Origin: Sandaracinaceae bacterium
GTDB taxonomy: Bacteria > Myxococcota_A > Polyangia > Polyangiales > JADJQN01
Length of the DNA stretch: 43,630 nt
Assembly (NCBI GenBank): GCA_947483975.1
Contig: CANKOL010000003.1
Coordinates: 1 to 43,630 of the forward strand
Direction: 5' to 3'
This document shows, piece after piece, positions 40,225 to 43,630 of the stretch (positions within the stretch are counted from its first letter, which is position 1; each line of letters begins with the position of its first letter). The position numbers and the translations under genes are program-made. A model generated the notes under the pieces. That model was not told where the DNA came from and did no database searches. It saw nothing but the letters and a program-made list of their open reading frames with translations.

Positions 40225-41184
40225 TCAGAATCGATAGCCGACCGCGAGGGACACCGTGGGGGTCATCGCGTAGCTGGTCAGCGCCGAGGTGATCAGCTGG
40301 CTGGTCGCGTCGAGGGCGGCGGCGACCTGCGGAATCGCGACCGTTGGAGTCGTGCTGACGGTGGCGCTCGCGGCGAGGGTCTGAGTCCAGCCGAGCGCCG
40401 GGCGAATCAGGAAGTGGTCGGCGATGACGATCGTCCAGCCGAGCTCGACGTGGAGCGCCTGCAGGGTGGCGTCGAGCTGCAGCGTGGAGAGGCCAGCGGG
40501 CAGCGTGAGCTGCGTGCCGAGCGCGGCGCTGACCGTCGCGGCGTCGAGGCTGGGCGTCGCGTGCAGCAGCGTGTAGCCGCCGACGAGCTCGAGGCCGTAG
40601 CCCGCGAAGGGGCGAAAGCCAGCGGAGACGGTCGCGACGAGGACGCCGTCCGCGATGGGCGCGGCGAGCTGCGCGGCGCGGCTGTCGAAGGGCTGGACCG
40701 CGGCCGAGAAGAGGCTGCCGTAGACGCCGAAGCCGAGCGAGCCGCCGATGAACAGGCGGTCGAAGAGCACGAGGCGCGCAGACAGGTCGACGTCGATGGG
40801 CACAGTCGCCCCGACGAGGACCTCGAGGCGCACGGGGGAGGGCGCGTCCGAGGGGGCGTCGGGCGCGTCCGGGACGGGCGCGGGGCGCGCGGAGGGGCGC
40901 GGAGCGAGGGATGCGGGCGCGTGTGCCGGGAGCGACGTCGCGGCCGCGGGCGGGGCGCTGACGGGCGTGGGCGCTGCGGATGGCGACGGCGCGGTGAGGG
41001 CCTCTGCGCCTTGCGCGTCTTGGGCGCGCGCAGAGGCGGGGCAGAGGGGACCGAGCAGAGCGGGAACGACGAGCGCGAGCGCGAGGACGGCGAGGCGGGT
41101 GAGGCGGGGCGCGGCGGTGCTCGGCAGCGCGTGGGGTTGGAGGGATGAGCGTTCGCCTGAGAAAACGACGATGTCGGTCATCAC
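40225..41184 (-). CDS. Hypothetical exported protein, probable small outer-membrane beta-barrel
   Basis: Hydrophobic signal-like segment ending ASARA-Q, Pro/Ala linker, amphipathic strands, C-terminal VSLAVGYRF. True start uncertain. Confidence 0.6.
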   Translation of the reverse strand: MMTDIVVFSGERSSLQPHALPSTAAPRLTRLAVLALALVVPALLGPLCPASARAQDAQGAEALTAPSPSAAPTPVSAPPAAATSLPAHAPASLAPRPSARPAPVPDAPDAPSDAPSPVRLEVLVGATVPIDVDLSARLVLFDRLFIGGSLGFGVYGSLFSAAVQPFDSRAAQLAAPIADGVLVATVSAGFRPFAGYGLELVGGYTLLHATPSLDAATVSAALGTQLTLPAGLSTLQLDATLQALHVELGWTIVIADHFLIRPALGWTQTLAASATVSTTPTVAIPQVAAALDATSQLITSALTSYAMTPTVSLAVGYRF

Positions 41185-41236
41185 ACGGTGTGATGCGCGG
41201 CGGAGGCGTGGCGTTCGAAACGGGCCGGGAGCCGCG

Positions 41237-42304
41237 CTAGGCGGGCGTCTTCTCGACGGCGGCGGGGCGCTTGAAGAAGGACGCGCCGACCATGCCGAGG
41301 ACCCACCCGCCGAGCCCGCCGGTCATCAGCGCGAAGATCGCGCCGCCCATGACCGTGCCGAGCGGATCGCTCGGGTTGAAGCGATGCGCGATGTCGTAGG
41401 CGAACACGCCGAGCACCGCGACGGCAGCGGCGAGGTTGGTGCGATTCTGCAGGCGCGCCGCGGCGAGCTCGAGCCCGAGCGCGAGCACGGCGAGACAGCC
41501 GAGCGCGTAGAGGAGCAGCTTGTCGGCGCTCGAGGCCTTGCGGAGCTGCACGCGGACGCCGCTCTCGACCGCGCCCTCGGCGCTGACGAGGTGTGCCGTG
41601 ACGGGCCCTACGCCGCCGAGCTGCACGTCGCGGATGTCGGCGTCGTGCAGCAGCAGGCTCCGGGTCGGTGCGCCGCGCCGCATCATGGGGCGCGAGGTCC
41701 GCAGCTCGCGCGAGAGCTCGCCGCTCACCGCCTGGCGCTCGCCGCCGCGGCGAAGCTCGATCTCGTAGCGCCCGCGCGCCTCGCTGTGCAGCGTGTGGAG
41801 CGCCGTGCCGTCGACCTCGACGCGGAAGTCGCGCACGTCGGCCGGCACGCTGATCTGGTGGTCGGTCGAGCGCGGCGAGAGGTCCGCCATGCCGAACGCG
41901 TCGCCTGGGAAGAACGACTCTGCGACCTCGGCTTCACCGATGACGACCGCGGCGAGCCCGACGACCGCGAACGCGACGAGCAAGCCGGTGTGTCGCGCTT
42001 CTCGGAGCGCGTTGAGCGCCAGCGCGATGACGACGACCGGCAGCCCGAGCGCGAGGACGACGGCTTCCGTCGGACGCACGGCGTCGATGCGCGAGCCGAC
42101 GACGATGGGCACTCCGACGCAGCCGATCAGGAGCAGGTTCTTCCATGGCGCGAGCCGCTCGAGGAGCAGGCTCAGGCTCGCCTTCGGCGTGGGGCGCACG
42201 GCGGTTTGCGTCGCCGCGCGCCTCGCGGACGGCCGCGTGCGGTTCGCGACCGAGCGCGCGGGGGCTGCTGCGGTCGGCGTCGTGTCGTCGTTCTCGTTCG
42301 CCAT
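41237..42304 (-). CDS. Hypothetical integral membrane protein
   Basis: About 3 N-terminal and 3 C-terminal hydrophobic helices flanking a soluble beta-rich domain. Confidence 0.65.
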   Translation of the reverse strand: MANENDDTTPTAAAPARSVANRTRPSARRAATQTAVRPTPKASLSLLLERLAPWKNLLLIGCVGVPIVVGSRIDAVRPTEAVVLALGLPVVVIALALNALREARHTGLLVAFAVVGLAAVVIGEAEVAESFFPGDAFGMADLSPRSTDHQISVPADVRDFRVEVDGTALHTLHSEARGRYEIELRRGGERQAVSGELSRELRTSRPMMRRGAPTRSLLLHDADIRDVQLGGVGPVTAHLVSAEGAVESGVRVQLRKASSADKLLLYALGCLAVLALGLELAAARLQNRTNLAAAVAVLGVFAYDIAHRFNPSDPLGTVMGGAIFALMTGGLGGWVLGMVGASFFKRPAAVEKTPA

Positions 42305-42433
42305 GGAGCCTCGAGCGCGGAAGGTGGGTTACGCGCGATCCGCGAGCAAGGTTCGGTGCACCCCGAGGCAATGCTGTTTGCGCCAGGTCTCGTTGCCCGC
42401 CGGGGGCGCGCGGTGCCTCGGACTGAGCAGGCG

Positions 42434-43630
42434 TCAGGCGCCCGGAACCCAGCCCATCGACGCGCACGCCGCGAGGGCGCGCGGGAGGCGCGCGGCCCAG
42501 GCAGCCTCGTCGTGCGTCGCGCCGGGCTCGTGCCAATGGCTGAGGTCGACGCCGAAGTCGTAGCCGCTCGCGTCGAGCAGGTCGCGCAGTTGCGCCGTCT
42601 CGCAGTAGTTGTCGGCGGAGTCGAGCGTGTCGTCTTGGATGCCGTCGCCGTCGGAGTCGACGCAGCCGCTCCCCGCGCTGCCGCCCGAGTCGAGGTAGAC
42701 GCTGGTCGCGCCGTGCCCGCGCGCGGGCCAGAGGTCGATCAGCGTGCGACCGTCGACCGCTGCGGCGTCGATCGAGCCCCAGCCGACGGTGGGCGATAGC
42801 GCCATCACGCAGCCTTGGCGGGTGTCGCTCGTCATCGCGGCGTAGAGCGACACGAGGCCGCCGAGGGACGAGCCTGCGAGCGCGAGGTCGTCGCCGAGGG
42901 CGCGCACCCCGTAGCGCGCGCGGAAGAAGGGCAGCGCCTCGTCGTCGAGCATGGCGAGGTAGTCCTCGGCGTGCCCGCCGACGGCGCCGCCCGTGCCGAT
43001 GTTGTCGGGGACGTGCGTGTACGCGTCGAAGCGGTCCGAGGCGTTGTCGACGGCGAGCGCGACGACGTCGGCGTAGGCCGGGTCAGCGAGCGCGTCGCCC
43101 GCGCGCCAGCCGCCGAACGCGGCGTCGGGCGCGAAGACGTTCTGGCCGTCGTGGAAGAGCACCGTGCGCGCCGCGGCGGCCGTCGCGCTGCCGGGGACGA
43201 AGCCCGCGGGGAGGCGCGCGCGGAGGGTGCGCGACTCGGTGAGGTGCGCCGAGGCGAACGCCGGGAAGCGCTCGTACCAGGCGACGTCGGTCGGCGGCGC
43301 GACGTAGCCGTGCTCGCCGTTCGTGTCGTAGCCGTAGGCGGTGGCCTCTGGCGGCGCGCGGTAGACGGCGGGCGCGGTGAACCACTTGTACTTCGCGCCC
43401 GCGATGGGCACGGTGAGCGCCGCGCGCTCGATGACGACGAGGTAGTGCACGCCGCTCGCGAGGCGGGCCGCGGGGCGGGCGGTCTCGCTCCACGCGTCGA
43501 GGTCGGAGACGAGCGAGACGTCGCCCGTCACGCCGTCCCAGCGCGTGAGAAAGACGAGGCGCGTCGCGTCGCCGAGGGGCCAGCCGTCCGCGCGCGCGAC
43601 CTCCGCGAGCGCGGCGTCGAGGTCGACGTC
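42434..43630 (-). CDS. Esterase of the alpha/beta hydrolase family (Fes/BesA-like putative esterase), 5' end outside the window
   Basis: VLFHDGQNVF, AGSSLGG nucleophile, YLDSGG, HDEAAWAARLP; the frame stays open to the window end. Confidence 0.85.
   Translation of the reverse strand, partial: DVDLDAALAEVARADGWPLGDATRLVFLTRWDGVTGDVSLVSDLDAWSETARPAARLASGVHYLVVIERAALTVPIAGAKYKWFTAPAVYRAPPEATAYGYDTNGEHGYVAPPTDVAWYERFPAFASAHLTESRTLRARLPAGFVPGSATAAAARTVLFHDGQNVFAPDAAFGGWRAGDALADPAYADVVALAVDNASDRFDAYTHVPDNIGTGGAVGGHAEDYLAMLDDEALPFFRARYGVRALGDDLALAGSSLGGLVSLYAAMTSDTRQGCVMALSPTVGWGSIDAAAVDGRTLIDLWPARGHGATSVYLDSGGSAGSGCVDSDGDGIQDDTLDSADNYCETAQLRDLLDASGYDFGVDLSHWHEPGATHDEAAWAARLPRALAACASMGWVPGA

Overview
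High-GC (by eye about 70%) bacterial DNA, most consistent with Myxococcota (Polyangia/Sandaracinaceae-like), based on an mglC/sgmX-like locus, Cys-rich DLGP-linker lipoproteins and tandem SCP2 genes. Bases 1-15.6 kb are mostly core genes: partial folC, alpha/beta hydrolase, sulfotransferase, accD, pgeF, PiT transporter, two SCP2 proteins, a tRNA-Leu with the unusual AAG anticodon, then mglC-like, aroQ, accB, accC and sgmX-like. Bases 15.7-37.4 kb form a compact redox module. On the minus strand is a porin-multiheme cytochrome cluster (13-, 13- and 8-heme lipoproteins around a beta-barrel). Divergently on the plus strand are a NirJ/Ahb-like radical SAM gene and a 'headless' complex I operon (nuoA-BC fusion-D-H-I-J-K-L-M-N, no nuoEFG). 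That operon is translationally coupled to a 2-oxoacid:ferredoxin oxidoreductase (alpha/beta) and followed by a ferritin-like diiron protein. The window ends with a GH63/MGH1-like glycosidase, two hypothetical envelope proteins and a partial esterase. All calls come from reading motifs by eye; no database searches were run.
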